DNA of 21,926 nucleotides from an uncultured virus (IMG/VR IMGVR_UViG_2636415832_000002) (lineage: Duplodnaviria; Heunggongvirae; Uroviricota; Caudoviricetes): IMG/VR virus record IMGVR_UViG_2636415832_000002. The stretch is one strand, 5' to 3'. Positions 1-9,359 of this stretch are shown here, piece after piece. The position numbers and the translations under genes are program-made. How positions within the stretch are numbered: position 1 is the stretch's first letter; every line of letters begins with the position of its first letter. A model generated the notes under the pieces. That model was given only the letters and a program-made list of their open reading frames with translations. It did not search any database and was not told the origin of the DNA.

Positions 1-843
1 ACAAATACGGGTAGTTCACAACCTAACTTATCTGCAGCTAATGTGAAAAACTTTATTGTTCCATTACCAGATTTAAGAATTCAACACAAGGTTGTTCAAG
101 TTCTTGATATAGTTCAAGAACTTATCAATAAACGTAAACAACAACTTGAAGCATTAGACCAAGTAATACAAAGTATGTTTTTGGAGATGTTTGGTGATCC
201 AATTACAAATGTTAGGGGTTGGGAAATATCCCCGTGTAAAGATGTTGCTATTAAAATAGGTTCAGGCGCTACACCTAAAGGTGGTAACGCCAGTTATAAA
301 GATAGTGGTATCAGTTTGATTCGTAGTATGAATGTTTATAATAATAAATTTAGTTATAAAGATTTAGCTTTTATCGATGAAGAGCAAGCAGAAAAGCTAA
401 ACAATGTTGAGGTATTCAAAAATGATGTTTTACTTAATATTACCGGGGCATCTGTAGCTAGAAGTTGTATTGTTCCTACTGATATATTACCCGCAAGAGT
501 CAATCAGCATGTTGCTATTATCAGACCTAAAGAGGAAATGGTTAATTATATCTTTTTAAGCTATTTGTTTACAAATGAAATTTATCAAAGATATTTATGG
601 CAAATTGCTACAAACGGTGGGGCAACAAGAGAGGCTATAACAAAACAACAAATAGAAAAATTACCTGTAATTTTACCTCCACTTTACTTACAAAATGATT
701 TCGCAAGTAAAGTAGAACAAATAGAAAAACAAAAGTCATTAATGCAGTCAAGTATTGAAGAACTTGAAAATATGTATAATGCCTTGTTACAAAAAGCTTT
801 CAATGGAAATTTATTTAACGAGGAAAAGGTCTCTAATCTTTAA
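1..843 (+). CDS. hsdS: Type I restriction-modification specificity subunit (5'-truncated by window edge)
   Basis: Frame is open from base 1 (TNTGSSQPNLSAANVKNFIVPLP). Two PLP..Q coiled-coil conserved regions, EMFGDP, GSGATP, a TRD segment (NDVLLNITGASVAR, VNQHV) and the C-terminal LLQKAFNG motif. Directly upstream of hsdR. Confidence 0.95.
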   Translation, partial: TNTGSSQPNLSAANVKNFIVPLPDLRIQHKVVQVLDIVQELINKRKQQLEALDQVIQSMFLEMFGDPITNVRGWEISPCKDVAIKIGSGATPKGGNASYKDSGISLIRSMNVYNNKFSYKDLAFIDEEQAEKLNNVEVFKNDVLLNITGASVARSCIVPTDILPARVNQHVAIIRPKEEMVNYIFLSYLFTNEIYQRYLWQIATNGGATREAITKQQIEKLPVILPPLYLQNDFASKVEQIEKQKSLMQSSIEELENMYNALLQKAFNGNLFNEEKVSNL

Positions 844-861
844 TCAAAGGGAGGGGTAAAC

Positions 862-3800
862 GTGTCAAACTTTAGCTTCTTAAAAGACAAAAAGCAGTAC
901 AAAAGTTTTACTAATGCTTGTGTAGAAGCGGAAAAGGCTCTAATTGTAAGTCCAGCAGTAAGTGCTATTCAGTCTCGTCGAGCGCTGGAATTAGCAGTTA
1001 AATGGGTATACAGCTTTGATAGTGCAGCAATGATTCCCTACCAAGATAATTTATCTAGCTTAATACATGATTCGAACTTTCTAGCAATTATCGATGAAGA
1101 TTTATTGCCATTAATGAAATATATTGTGAAGTTGGGAAATGTAGCTGTTCATACAAATGCTCCGATTTCTCGTGATGAAGCGGTTTTATCGCTTCATCAC
1201 CTACATCAATTTATTTCGTGGATCGATTACTGCTACTCGGATGAATTTACTGCAGGAGAATTTGATGAATCTTTCCTTCAATTTGGTGAAGAAAAACGAG
1301 TACGTCCTGAAGAACTAAAAGATTTATATGAGCAATTAAGTTCAAAGGATAAAAAACTCGAAGAAGTGATGAAGGAAAATGAACATCTCCGTAAGAGTGT
1401 GACGGAAAAACGGGAACACAATACGAAAGATTACAACTTCCAAGTAGATGAGTTAAAAGAATTTGAAACTCGACTTAAATACATTGATCTCGACCTGAAA
1501 ATTGCCGGGTGGGAGTTTAATAAAGATATCATTCGTGAATATGAAGTTCAAGGAATGCCTAACAATGCAGGAACAGGTTATGTCGATTATGTCTTATTTG
1601 GTGACAACGGCAAGCCACTTGCTGTGGTTGAAGCAAAAAGAACTTCAAAGGATCCAAAAATTGGTCGTCAACAAGCCAAGTTATATGCGGATTGCATTGA
1701 AACGATGACGGGTACACGTCCAGTTATCTTTTATACAAATGGCTTTGAAACATATATTTGGCATGATCCATATCCACCAAGAAAAGTATCAGGTTTCTAT
1801 AATAAAGAAGAATTAAGCCTACTAATGGATCGCCGTGAAATGAAGCGACCTTTAAAAGATATTCAGATCAATGATTCGATAAGTAACCGTTATTATCAAA
1901 AAGAAGCTATTCTAGCAGTTTGCGATGCTTTAACACGTAATCAAAGAAAATCATTATTAGTAATGGCTACTGGCAGTGGTAAAACTAGGACCGCTATATC
2001 GATTGTTGATGTGTTGGCTAGACACAATTGGGTGAAAAATGTCCTATTCTTAGCTGACCGTAAAACGTTATTGAGTCAAGCATACAAGAACTTTAATACG
2101 CTAATGCCAAGTTTAACAATATGCAATCTACTAGACAATAAGGATAACCCGGAAGAAAGTAGAATGGTGTTTTCTACTTATCCAACCATGATGAATGCGA
2201 TAGACGATGTAAGAAGAAAAGATGGCAAGAAACTATTTACGGTTGGCCATTTTGATTTAATCATTATTGATGAATCACATCGTAGTATTTATAAAAAGTA
2301 TCGTAGCATCTTTGATTACTTTGATGGCATTTTGTTAGGATTAACAGCTACACCAAAAGATGAAATTGATAAAAATACGTATGAAGTATTTGATCTTGAA
2401 AATGGTGTCCCAACTTATGCTTATGAATTGGAACAAGCAGTAAATGATGGATACTTAGTTGACTATCGAACAATCGAAACGAAGATGAGGTTTCTAGAAG
2501 ATGGTATTCATTATGATGATTTATCAGATGAAGAAAAAGAAAAGTATGAGGAAACTTTTGATGAAGAAGATTTCAGAGAAGATATTGATAGTTCTGCCTT
2601 AAACGAGTGGTTATTTAACGACAACACAATTGATACTGTTCTGAAAAACCTAATGGAAAAGGGAATTCGTGTTGAAGGTGGAGACAAATTAGGTAAGACC
2701 ATTATTTTTGCTAAAAATCATAATCATGCAGAAAGAATCACTGAACGTTTTGATATTCTATTTCCGGAGTATAAAGGTGATTTTGCACGAGTTATAGATT
2801 ATAGCGTGAATTATTATCAAACCCTTATAGACGATTTTTCTGAAGTAAAAAAGCTACCACAAATTGCAGTTTCAGTGGATATGCTTGATACAGGTGTTGA
2901 CATTCCTGAAGTAGTAAATCTTGTTTTCTTTAAAAAGGTTCGTTCAAAGTCAAAGTTCTGGCAAATGATTGGTCGGGGAACGCGTCTTTGTCCTGATTTA
3001 TTAGGAATCGGAGAGGATAAAACACATTTCCTTATTTTTGATTATTGCGGAAACTTTGATTTCTTCCGGGAAAATCCGAAAGGAATGGACGGTCAAGTTG
3101 GGAAAAGTCTTACAGAAAAACTCTTTAATGCTAAAGTGGATATTATTCGTGAATTGCAAGGTCTTGATTATCAGACAGAAGAATATGTTGCCCATCGAAA
3201 TGAATTAGTTAATGTTGTGACTAAAGAAGTTTTATCGCTCGATAATGAGAATTTCAGGGTAAGACAGCATCTTCAATACGTAGAAAAATTCAAGAATCGT
3301 ACGAATTGGAATACTTTATCTGTCCTTGATACAAATGAGATAAAGGATCATATTTCACCAATTATTGTCCCAATGAATGATGATGAATTTGCCAAGCGTT
3401 TTGATTTAGTAATGTATACAATTGAATTGGCTAAATTACAAACAAGAAATGCAACGAAACCCATTCGAAGTGTCATTAAAACAGCAGAAGCACTATCAAA
3501 GCTAGGTACAATTCCGCAAGTGTTAGAAGCAAAACCAATTATTGATAAGGTTTTAACCGAGGAGTTCTGGGATAGTGCGGATATCTTTGAATTAGATTCT
3601 GTTCGTGCAGCGTTAAGGGATTTAATTAAATTCATCGAAAAAGAAACACAAAAAATATATTTTACGAATTTCCAAGATGAAGTACTTGAAGTTAACGAGA
3701 ACGGTCCAATGTACAATGTGAACGATTTAAAAAGTTATAAGAAAAAGGTTCATCATTACTTAAATCAGCATAAGGACCAAATGGCAATTTATAAATTAAA

Positions 3801-4200
3801 CAATAATAAGGCATTGACGGCAAAGGATGTAGAAATGCTTGAAAACATCTTATGGAACGAACTTGGAACAAAAGAAGATTATGAGAAAGACTTTGGTGAT
3901 ACTCCGATCACTAAACTCGTCCGTCAAATTGTTGGATTAGATCCTCAAGCAGCAAATGCAGCTTTTTCTGAGTTTCTATCAGAAGAACGATTAAATCTTA
4001 ATCAAATTCGATTTGTAAAATTGATTGTTGATTATGTCGTGAAAAATGGAACTCTTGATAAGAAGGTGCTGCAGCAAGAGCCGTTTAAGACTGTGGGAAG
4101 TATTGTTGAATTGTTTAAGGATAATATGGACGATGCAAAACGTATTATTGCAGTTATCGATGAGATTAATAGAAATGCTGAAGTGTTTACCGGGGCTTAA
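862..4200 (+). CDS. hsdR: Type I restriction endonuclease subunit R (EcoEI/EcoKI-like architecture)
   Basis: GTG start after GGAGGGG RBS. PD-(D/E)xK nuclease (VDYVL...VVEAKR), Walker A MATGSGKT, DESH box, LTATP and QMIGRGTR helicase motifs; 1112 aa. Confidence 0.97.
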   Translation: MSNFSFLKDKKQYKSFTNACVEAEKALIVSPAVSAIQSRRALELAVKWVYSFDSAAMIPYQDNLSSLIHDSNFLAIIDEDLLPLMKYIVKLGNVAVHTNAPISRDEAVLSLHHLHQFISWIDYCYSDEFTAGEFDESFLQFGEEKRVRPEELKDLYEQLSSKDKKLEEVMKENEHLRKSVTEKREHNTKDYNFQVDELKEFETRLKYIDLDLKIAGWEFNKDIIREYEVQGMPNNAGTGYVDYVLFGDNGKPLAVVEAKRTSKDPKIGRQQAKLYADCIETMTGTRPVIFYTNGFETYIWHDPYPPRKVSGFYNKEELSLLMDRREMKRPLKDIQINDSISNRYYQKEAILAVCDALTRNQRKSLLVMATGSGKTRTAISIVDVLARHNWVKNVLFLADRKTLLSQAYKNFNTLMPSLTICNLLDNKDNPEESRMVFSTYPTMMNAIDDVRRKDGKKLFTVGHFDLIIIDESHRSIYKKYRSIFDYFDGILLGLTATPKDEIDKNTYEVFDLENGVPTYAYELEQAVNDGYLVDYRTIETKMRFLEDGIHYDDLSDEEKEKYEETFDEEDFREDIDSSALNEWLFNDNTIDTVLKNLMEKGIRVEGGDKLGKTIIFAKNHNHAERITERFDILFPEYKGDFARVIDYSVNYYQTLIDDFSEVKKLPQIAVSVDMLDTGVDIPEVVNLVFFKKVRSKSKFWQMIGRGTRLCPDLLGIGEDKTHFLIFDYCGNFDFFRENPKGMDGQVGKSLTEKLFNAKVDIIRELQGLDYQTEEYVAHRNELVNVVTKEVLSLDNENFRVRQHLQYVEKFKNRTNWNTLSVLDTNEIKDHISPIIVPMNDDEFAKRFDLVMYTIELAKLQTRNATKPIRSVIKTAEALSKLGTIPQVLEAKPIIDKVLTEEFWDSADIFELDSVRAALRDLIKFIEKETQKIYFTNFQDEVLEVNENGPMYNVNDLKSYKKKVHHYLNQHKDQMAIYKLNNNKALTAKDVEMLENILWNELGTKEDYEKDFGDTPITKLVRQIVGLDPQAANAAFSEFLSEERLNLNQIRFVKLIVDYVVKNGTLDKKVLQQEPFKTVGSIVELFKDNMDDAKRIIAVIDEINRNAEVFTGA

Positions 4201-4255
4201 AAGCAAGTACTAATCAATTGTTACGACACTATGATTTAGAAGTAACAACATCATG

Positions 4256-4302
4256 AATAAGCAGAAGTGTTCCTCAGCAATAGGATCTTCTGCTTATTTT
4301 TA
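4256..4302 (+). terminator. Intrinsic terminator-like hairpin between hsdR and the CBASS operon
   Basis: AATAAGCAGAAG (4256-4267) pairs with CTTCTGCTTATT (4287-4298), running into a T tract. Confidence 0.7.
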
Positions 4303-4330
4303 TCCTGTTAAGGTTGTAGGTGATAAGTCA

Positions 4331-4948
4331 ATGGAGGAAAATATTTATGTGAAACAAGTAAAAAAACTAAGGAAAAAAGCGGAGAATTCAAGAAATGCTT
4401 ATTTTATGTTAACCAAAAGGTATAAATTTTATAGTAATTCGCTACATTTTTTTATCTTAGTTGGATCAACTATAATAGCCATTTTAACTTTTGCAAATTT
4501 TGATGTGTTTTTACCTCTAATAAAGGACCTAACAGATTCAACATACAAACTTTCTATTGGACTAATTGCATCTTCGGTATTTATCCTAACCGTAATTGAG
4601 GAATTTCTTAAATTGTCAAATAAGTCATCGGAATATGAAAGCTCAGGAAAACAATTAACATCTTTTATCAGATATGCGGATTCAGTAGAGAAACGAGAAA
4701 ATATTAATGATGAAGATTTGGCACAACTAACTCTTTACTACACATTAATATGTGAATCTACACCTATTATTCCAGATAAGTTCTTTTTTAAAGCCAAAAG
4801 ACAACTCTACAGAAAAATCGAGTTGAGTAAGGAATTGGAAAAAAATCCGGATACTATCTTATGGCTTTATAAAGTAAAGAGATTTAGAAAAGAGGTAAAT
4901 TCTCTGTTTAAGAAGGGAGATATTGATAAGAATGACGAGGGAAAATGA
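4331..4948 (+). CDS. Two-TM SLATT-like membrane effector of type IV CBASS
   Basis: ATG 4331 follows AGGTGA RBS; the ORF-track start at 4253 lies just before the terminator hairpin, so that extension would run through it. Helix-TM-TM-helix layout (SLHFFILVGSTIIAILTFA; LSIGLIASSVFILTVI). Overlaps the start of the QueC-like gene. Confidence 0.75.
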   Translation: MEENIYVKQVKKLRKKAENSRNAYFMLTKRYKFYSNSLHFFILVGSTIIAILTFANFDVFLPLIKDLTDSTYKLSIGLIASSVFILTVIEEFLKLSNKSSEYESSGKQLTSFIRYADSVEKRENINDEDLAQLTLYYTLICESTPIIPDKFFFKAKRQLYRKIELSKELEKNPDTILWLYKVKRFRKEVNSLFKKGDIDKNDEGK

Positions 4949-5507
4949 CTCCGTTCTAGTGTTAGCAAGTGGTGGCATTGATTCTACCGCTTTAATAGAA
5001 TATTACGCGTCAAAAAAATATAAGGTTTCTGCACTGTTTTTCGATTATGGACAGATTAGTCGTACGAAAGAGCTACAAGCCGTTAGGAAAGTATGTAGTT
5101 ATTATGGAATTAAACTAGAAGAAGCTCAATTAGGATTCACTTTAAAAAATACTAGTGGAGAATTTATAGGGAGAAATGCACTATTTATTACATCTGCATT
5201 TAATTTTTTACCAAATAATTATTCTAAAATATCTATAGGGATTCATTCAGGTACACCTTATTATGATTGCTCAAAGACGTTTGTTGAAGATTTTCAAAGA
5301 ATCGTAGATGGCTATTTTGAAGGAACAGTTTTAATTGATGTACCATTTGTTGAATTTACAAAGGGTCAAATTATTGAATATTGTTTACAAGAAAATGTGC
5401 CAATAAATCTTACATACAGCTGTGAAAATGGTTATGAAAAAAACTGTGGTAAGTGTTTATCTTGCTTAGATAGGAGAGAATTTCTTGGAAAAAGTGACCT
5501 TATGTGA
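4932..5507 (+). CDS. cap9: QueC-like PP-loop ATP pyrophosphatase, CBASS Cap9
   Basis: SGGIDS PP-loop, FDYGQ, RN motif, YYDC and the YSC...CGKCLSC zinc site. ATG 4932 after AAGGGAG. Operon context is CBASS rather than queCDEF. Confidence 0.88.
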   Translation: MTRENDSVLVLASGGIDSTALIEYYASKKYKVSALFFDYGQISRTKELQAVRKVCSYYGIKLEEAQLGFTLKNTSGEFIGRNALFITSAFNFLPNNYSKISIGIHSGTPYYDCSKTFVEDFQRIVDGYFEGTVLIDVPFVEFTKGQIIEYCLQENVPINLTYSCENGYEKNCGKCLSCLDRREFLGKSDLM

Positions 5508-6459
5508 AGAAAGAGTAATTAGTATAATTGAGACCAGTACTCCAGTATTAATACCTTCCTTTTCGAGCAAAGGTATAAAGCAGTTTGATAAGACTTTCTA
5601 TTCATTAAAAGATTACCTATCAGAAGTAACCTTATTTAGTGCCTACGATTTATATTACAAACTAGTTGATAAAGAGCTTATCTATGAAACTGATATGTTG
5701 TTTATAGATAGTGGTGGATATGAGGCATCAATTGAACCTGATTTATCCGAAATATATGGGTTTGGTCATAATCCTAATGATTGGAAAGAGGAATTATATC
5801 TTAATCAAATCGACACTTTGGAAGAACTTTCAAATATTGTATTAATAAACTATGATTATCCTAAGATCCCTTTTTCCGAACAAGTGAATAGAGCAAAATC
5901 AATTTTTACGAAGTATCCATCGTTTGCTAGTGATTTTTTAATAAAGCCTGATACAATATTTGGAAAATTCGATATGGAAAAACTTTTGGAGGATTTACAA
6001 CTCTGCTCTAATTTTTCTGTCATAGGATTTACCGAAAAAGAGCTAGGATTATCTGTTTTTGAAAGATGTAGAAACATTTATAAGATAAGAAAACGACTAA
6101 ATCAAATTGGGTTGAATAAACCTATTCATATTTTTGGCTGTTTAGATCCGTTAAATATCATAACTTACTTTTTATGCGGTGCCGATATTTTTGATGGATT
6201 ATCTTGGTTAAGATATGGATTCCAAAGTAACCGGCCTATTTATATTAATAGCTATGCTATTTCCAGTGGAAAGTGGATGTATACTAACGATGAAGTCAGG
6301 ATTATAACGTACCTAGAAAATATTAAGATACTAAATGCTTTAAAGCATAAAATGAAACTTTATATTAAAGAGAAGGATTTATCAGTGTTTGAATTAGACC
6401 AGCAGACCGAAACGGAAATATTCAACCTTATGGAAATAATTAAAGAAGAGGGGTTTTAA
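5485..6459 (+). CDS. cap10: TGT-like (tRNA-guanine transglycosylase fold) protein, CBASS Cap10
   Basis: TP..IPSFSSKG, FIDSGGY, IHIFG and GADIFDG motifs of the TGT TIM barrel. TTG start with AGGAG RBS; overlaps cap9. Confidence 0.85.
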   Translation: MEKVTLCEERVISIIETSTPVLIPSFSSKGIKQFDKTFYSLKDYLSEVTLFSAYDLYYKLVDKELIYETDMLFIDSGGYEASIEPDLSEIYGFGHNPNDWKEELYLNQIDTLEELSNIVLINYDYPKIPFSEQVNRAKSIFTKYPSFASDFLIKPDTIFGKFDMEKLLEDLQLCSNFSVIGFTEKELGLSVFERCRNIYKIRKRLNQIGLNKPIHIFGCLDPLNIITYFLCGADIFDGLSWLRYGFQSNRPIYINSYAISSGKWMYTNDEVRIITYLENIKILNALKHKMKLYIKEKDLSVFELDQQTETEIFNLMEIIKEEGF

Positions 6460-6460
6460 A

Positions 6461-7342
6461 TTGGGAGGAAGCGGTGGATGGAATGTACCCAGTAAAACAT
6501 TAAAAGAACTGTTAGAAGAAAAGGCAAAACAAAGGCAAAAAGAAAATGATAGAGAAATAAATGACTTTCTACAATCCTTGTTAAAAGAACTAAATAATCG
6601 TGATACTGAACAGGTACAAAAACATCTTAACACGTTAAAGGCTGCAATTGAAAAAGAAATTGACGGAGCTGTTGATCTTTTATTCGGTGGTTCATTAAGT
6701 AAACACACCTATGCACAGGGATTAAGTGACATTGATATGTTAGTACGAATTAACAATACTCAATTAGCTAATGCCAAACCACAAGAGGTCTTAGACTATT
6801 TTGCAAAACAAATAAAGACCAGATTACCAAAGACTGAAGTAAAAAAAGGAGATTTGGCTGTCACCGTTAAATTTAGCAGTGGATATGAGGTTCAATTATT
6901 ACCAAGTATAAAAACTGCCACTGGATATAAAATTGCAAAACCGGGTTTAAATGAATGGAGCAATGTTATCAAACCCAAAAAATTTGCTGAGAAATTAACT
7001 AGTGTTAATCAATCCAATGGTGGCAAGATAATTCCGATGATAAAGCTGTTTAAGATGATTAACGATCAATTTCCAAAGAAAGCCCAGCTTTCAGGTTATC
7101 ACATTGAATCACTTGCGATTGAAGCTTTTAAGAATAGACAAGTATATCCAAAGACAGTTAAAGAAGCCTTACAAAAGTTTTGCGAGCATTCAAGAACAAC
7201 GGTGTTAAGTCCCATCAAGGAGAGTACCGGCCAGTCTATACATGTAGACGATTATTTAGGAGGGAAAAATAGCGATATTAGAAGAAGAATCAGTAATAAT
7301 ATTAGAATCATACAAAAAAAATCGATAATGCAAGTTCAGTAG
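6461..7342 (+). CDS. cGAS/DncV-like nucleotidyltransferase (CD-NTase), CBASS cyclase
   Basis: Pol-beta motif FGGSLSKHT...SDIDML, a third-strand EVQLLP motif and SGYHIE. TTG start 2 nt after the cap10 stop. The C-terminus may be frameshifted (see findings). Confidence 0.92.
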   Translation: MGGSGGWNVPSKTLKELLEEKAKQRQKENDREINDFLQSLLKELNNRDTEQVQKHLNTLKAAIEKEIDGAVDLLFGGSLSKHTYAQGLSDIDMLVRINNTQLANAKPQEVLDYFAKQIKTRLPKTEVKKGDLAVTVKFSSGYEVQLLPSIKTATGYKIAKPGLNEWSNVIKPKKFAEKLTSVNQSNGGKIIPMIKLFKMINDQFPKKAQLSGYHIESLAIEAFKNRQVYPKTVKEALQKFCEHSRTTVLSPIKESTGQSIHVDDYLGGKNSDIRRRISNNIRIIQKKSIMQVQ

Positions 7343-7462
7343 ATGATTGGAAAAATATTATAGAGTAAGGATGGCAAATAATATATTTTTTCATCTGGCC
7401 ATGATTTTCTGTATTCAATACTTGAATGACCTACTGTACTGTCAAATTTATAGGAATACTGA

Positions 7463-7729
7463 TTAGGAATCTTCATCTATTTTTACAAAAGTATCACATT
7501 TCTTAGGAATAACAAAAGCAGTAAATTCCTCACCTTGTCCTTCGAGGGGCTGGTTGTTTACTGCTTTTATTAATGATGAATTTGTAAAACCCATTGGAAT
7601 AGCAGGACCTTTAAACACCGCATGTAGTTCGTCTAAATATTTTCCGCAAGTTTTCCCACAAGTACATGTTTTTTCTTCCAATTTCAGATTAAAAACGTCC
7701 ATGCAGTTGGTACACATTAAAATTTTCAT
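7463..7729 (-). CDS. Small Cys-rich putative zinc-binding protein
   Basis: CTNC...CTCG...CG pattern; AGGTGA RBS; directly downstream of the XRE gene on the same strand. Confidence 0.7.
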   Translation of the reverse strand: MKILMCTNCMDVFNLKLEEKTCTCGKTCGKYLDELHAVFKGPAIPMGFTNSSLIKAVNNQPLEGQGEEFTAFVIPKKCDTFVKIDEDS

Positions 7730-7749
7730 CGGACTTCACCTTCTAACTG

Positions 7750-8112
7750 TTATTCTTTCATATACGGCAGCAATAATGTATACAATCCCTTCTTTTGTTC
7801 CGTGGAAAGAGTAGAGATTATTTTATTTAATTCCTCGTTTAATTCTTCCTCAATATCTATTCCTGTTTTCTCGCCTTCCTCAATGGCTAATATGGCATTT
7901 CTCTCTTCTATATTTTGAAAAAATTCACTCATAGAAATACCGAACTCATCGCATATTCTCTCCAACTGAGTAAAGGTTACTTCTTGGTTACCACCCTCAA
8001 TCCTTGAAAGGGATGGTTGGGATATATTCACGATTTTCGCGAAGTCAACCATTGTATATGAATGCTCCTTTCTAAATGTTCTAATCAGCCTTCCGACTTG
8101 TAGTAAATTCAT
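7750..8112 (-). CDS. XRE/Cro-C1 family HTH transcriptional regulator
   Basis: IRTFRKEHSYTMVDFAKIVNISQPSLSRIEGG is a typical HTH_3 pattern; GGAGAG RBS; divergent from 8240. Confidence 0.92.
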   Translation of the reverse strand: MNLLQVGRLIRTFRKEHSYTMVDFAKIVNISQPSLSRIEGGNQEVTFTQLERICDEFGISMSEFFQNIEERNAILAIEEGEKTGIDIEEELNEELNKIISTLSTEQKKGLYTLLLPYMKE

Positions 8113-8169
8113 ATATTTATCTCTCCGTCTGCAATTTTCATTCTCACTTTCATACTACATTTTTCTGAT

Positions 8170-8209
8170 TTTACAATCAATCTCTTTCATGTTATCCTTT
8201 ATAAGGATA
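8170..8209 (+). promoter_or_regulatory. SigA-type promoter with overlapping palindromic operator
   Basis: TTTACA (8170-8175), 17 nt, TATCCT (8193-8198) with extended TG. Inverted repeat TATCCTT-tat-AAGGATA (8193-8209) overlaps the -10. Confidence 0.55.
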
Positions 8210-8239
8210 TATAATCTAAATGAATAATGGGGTGGAAAA

Positions 8240-8530
8240 ATGGTTGACGGTTTTTATAATGCGTATAGTAATTTAATTGAAGCACGATTAGCGGATATTT
8301 ATAAAAGTGAAGAGTACACAGTTTTGACTGAGACAATTTTTCATGAATTCGAACAAAAATTATCAGCTAAAATTGGCGAGTTAGGAACAGAGGAAAGAGA
8401 ATCTTTATTCGAAGATTTTCAAACAGCGATATTTAATCAAACGCATCATCAAAACAAACTTACTTATCGCATCGCATTTAATGATGCATTGTCATTTTTT
8501 ATGGATACAATTTTAACACAAAAAAGATAG
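8240..8530 (+). CDS. Hypothetical helical protein of mobile element
   Basis: GGGGTGG RBS, ATG, 96 aa; first gene after the divergent promoter. Confidence 0.75.
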   Translation: MVDGFYNAYSNLIEARLADIYKSEEYTVLTETIFHEFEQKLSAKIGELGTEERESLFEDFQTAIFNQTHHQNKLTYRIAFNDALSFFMDTILTQKR

Positions 8531-8550
8531 CCATCAGGAGGTAGTAGCAT

Positions 8551-8859
8551 TTGTATTTATATCAAGGGAGATTGGTTTTCGATATCGTGACAGCAGTAGG
8601 AGAAAAAAGTGAAGAAGCAGCAATGAAAAATGATGCTCATGAAAATTTAACAAATGAATTATTTAAGGAATTGCAAGCATTTATTGAAGCAAAAGGTTAT
8701 CAGGTACTTTCAATTGGTGTAGATTTAGAAAACTGTGGTAAAGCAGATCAAGCACAATTAAAAGCACTAGAAGAAAGTGAAAAAGACGGGAATGCTAAAG
8801 TAAAACGAATTTATAATAAAGCAAATATTACATCGCATACTATTCAAATTATAGAATAA
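8551..8859 (+). CDS. Hypothetical protein
   Basis: AGGAGG RBS then TTG; 102 aa; operon-like spacing. Confidence 0.75.
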   Translation: MYLYQGRLVFDIVTAVGEKSEEAAMKNDAHENLTNELFKELQAFIEAKGYQVLSIGVDLENCGKADQAQLKALEESEKDGNAKVKRIYNKANITSHTIQIIE

Positions 8860-8862
8860 GTT

Positions 8863-9309
8863 TTGAAGGGATTGATATATTTGTCTACTTTGGGAGATTC
8901 TGAATTTGAACTATATCAAACTACGAAAGTTCGGATAAATAAAGTCTTGGAACATGGGGTAGAAGTGAAAACTAGCAAAAGTCAGCTAGGGTTTATTCCC
9001 TTCTGTAATCTGGTTGAAGACAAATATACTTTGAAAATTGGTCAATCTTTATATGTAAGATTTTTAAGTCAAGATAAGGATTATCTGTATTTTGCGGGAG
9101 ATGATTTATTTAATCCAACCCCTTCTCCATCTTCAACGAGAACATCACATTCATCTGGTCTAGAGATGTTTCTTATAAACTATCAAAGTAATATAGTAGA
9201 TGTTATAAAGTTATTCGTAGCTGGACAATCAGTTATTGAAATATCCTCAAAACTAAACATGCCGCCAAAAGAAGTAGTGGAAATTATCGAGAAGTTTCAA
9301 TCAGAATGA
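8863..9309 (+). CDS. Putative S1/OB-fold plus C-terminal HTH protein
   Basis: KVRINKVLEHGVEV...GFIP...LKIGQSLYVRFL resembles S1; Pro/Ser linker; GQSVIEISSKLNMPPKEV is HTH-like. Start codon uncertain. Confidence 0.55.
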   Translation: MKGLIYLSTLGDSEFELYQTTKVRINKVLEHGVEVKTSKSQLGFIPFCNLVEDKYTLKIGQSLYVRFLSQDKDYLYFAGDDLFNPTPSPSSTRTSHSSGLEMFLINYQSNIVDVIKLFVAGQSVIEISSKLNMPPKEVVEIIEKFQSE

Positions 9310-9321
9310 TAATAAATAGGG

Positions 9322-9359
9322 AAACGCTTTGCACCCGTTGAATGCAGGCGTTTTTTTTT
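9322..9359 (+). terminator. Intrinsic terminator
   Basis: AAACGC..TGCA / TGCA.GCGTTT stem followed by a T run, just after the 9309 stop. Confidence 0.75.

Noticed and set aside
4331..4948. SLATT protein as the partner of the RT (DRT10-like)
   Set aside because: It lies about 14 kb away and is translationally coupled to the CBASS genes.
4932..6459. Housekeeping queuosine genes, Dpd DNA modification or QatABCD
   Set aside because: No queD/E/F, dpd, TatD or Qat ATPase neighbours; the adjacent cyclase and 2TM effector indicate CBASS.
1502..6708. Short alternative-frame and antisense ORFs within hsdR and the CBASS genes
   Set aside because: Shadows of long, motif-bearing genes.
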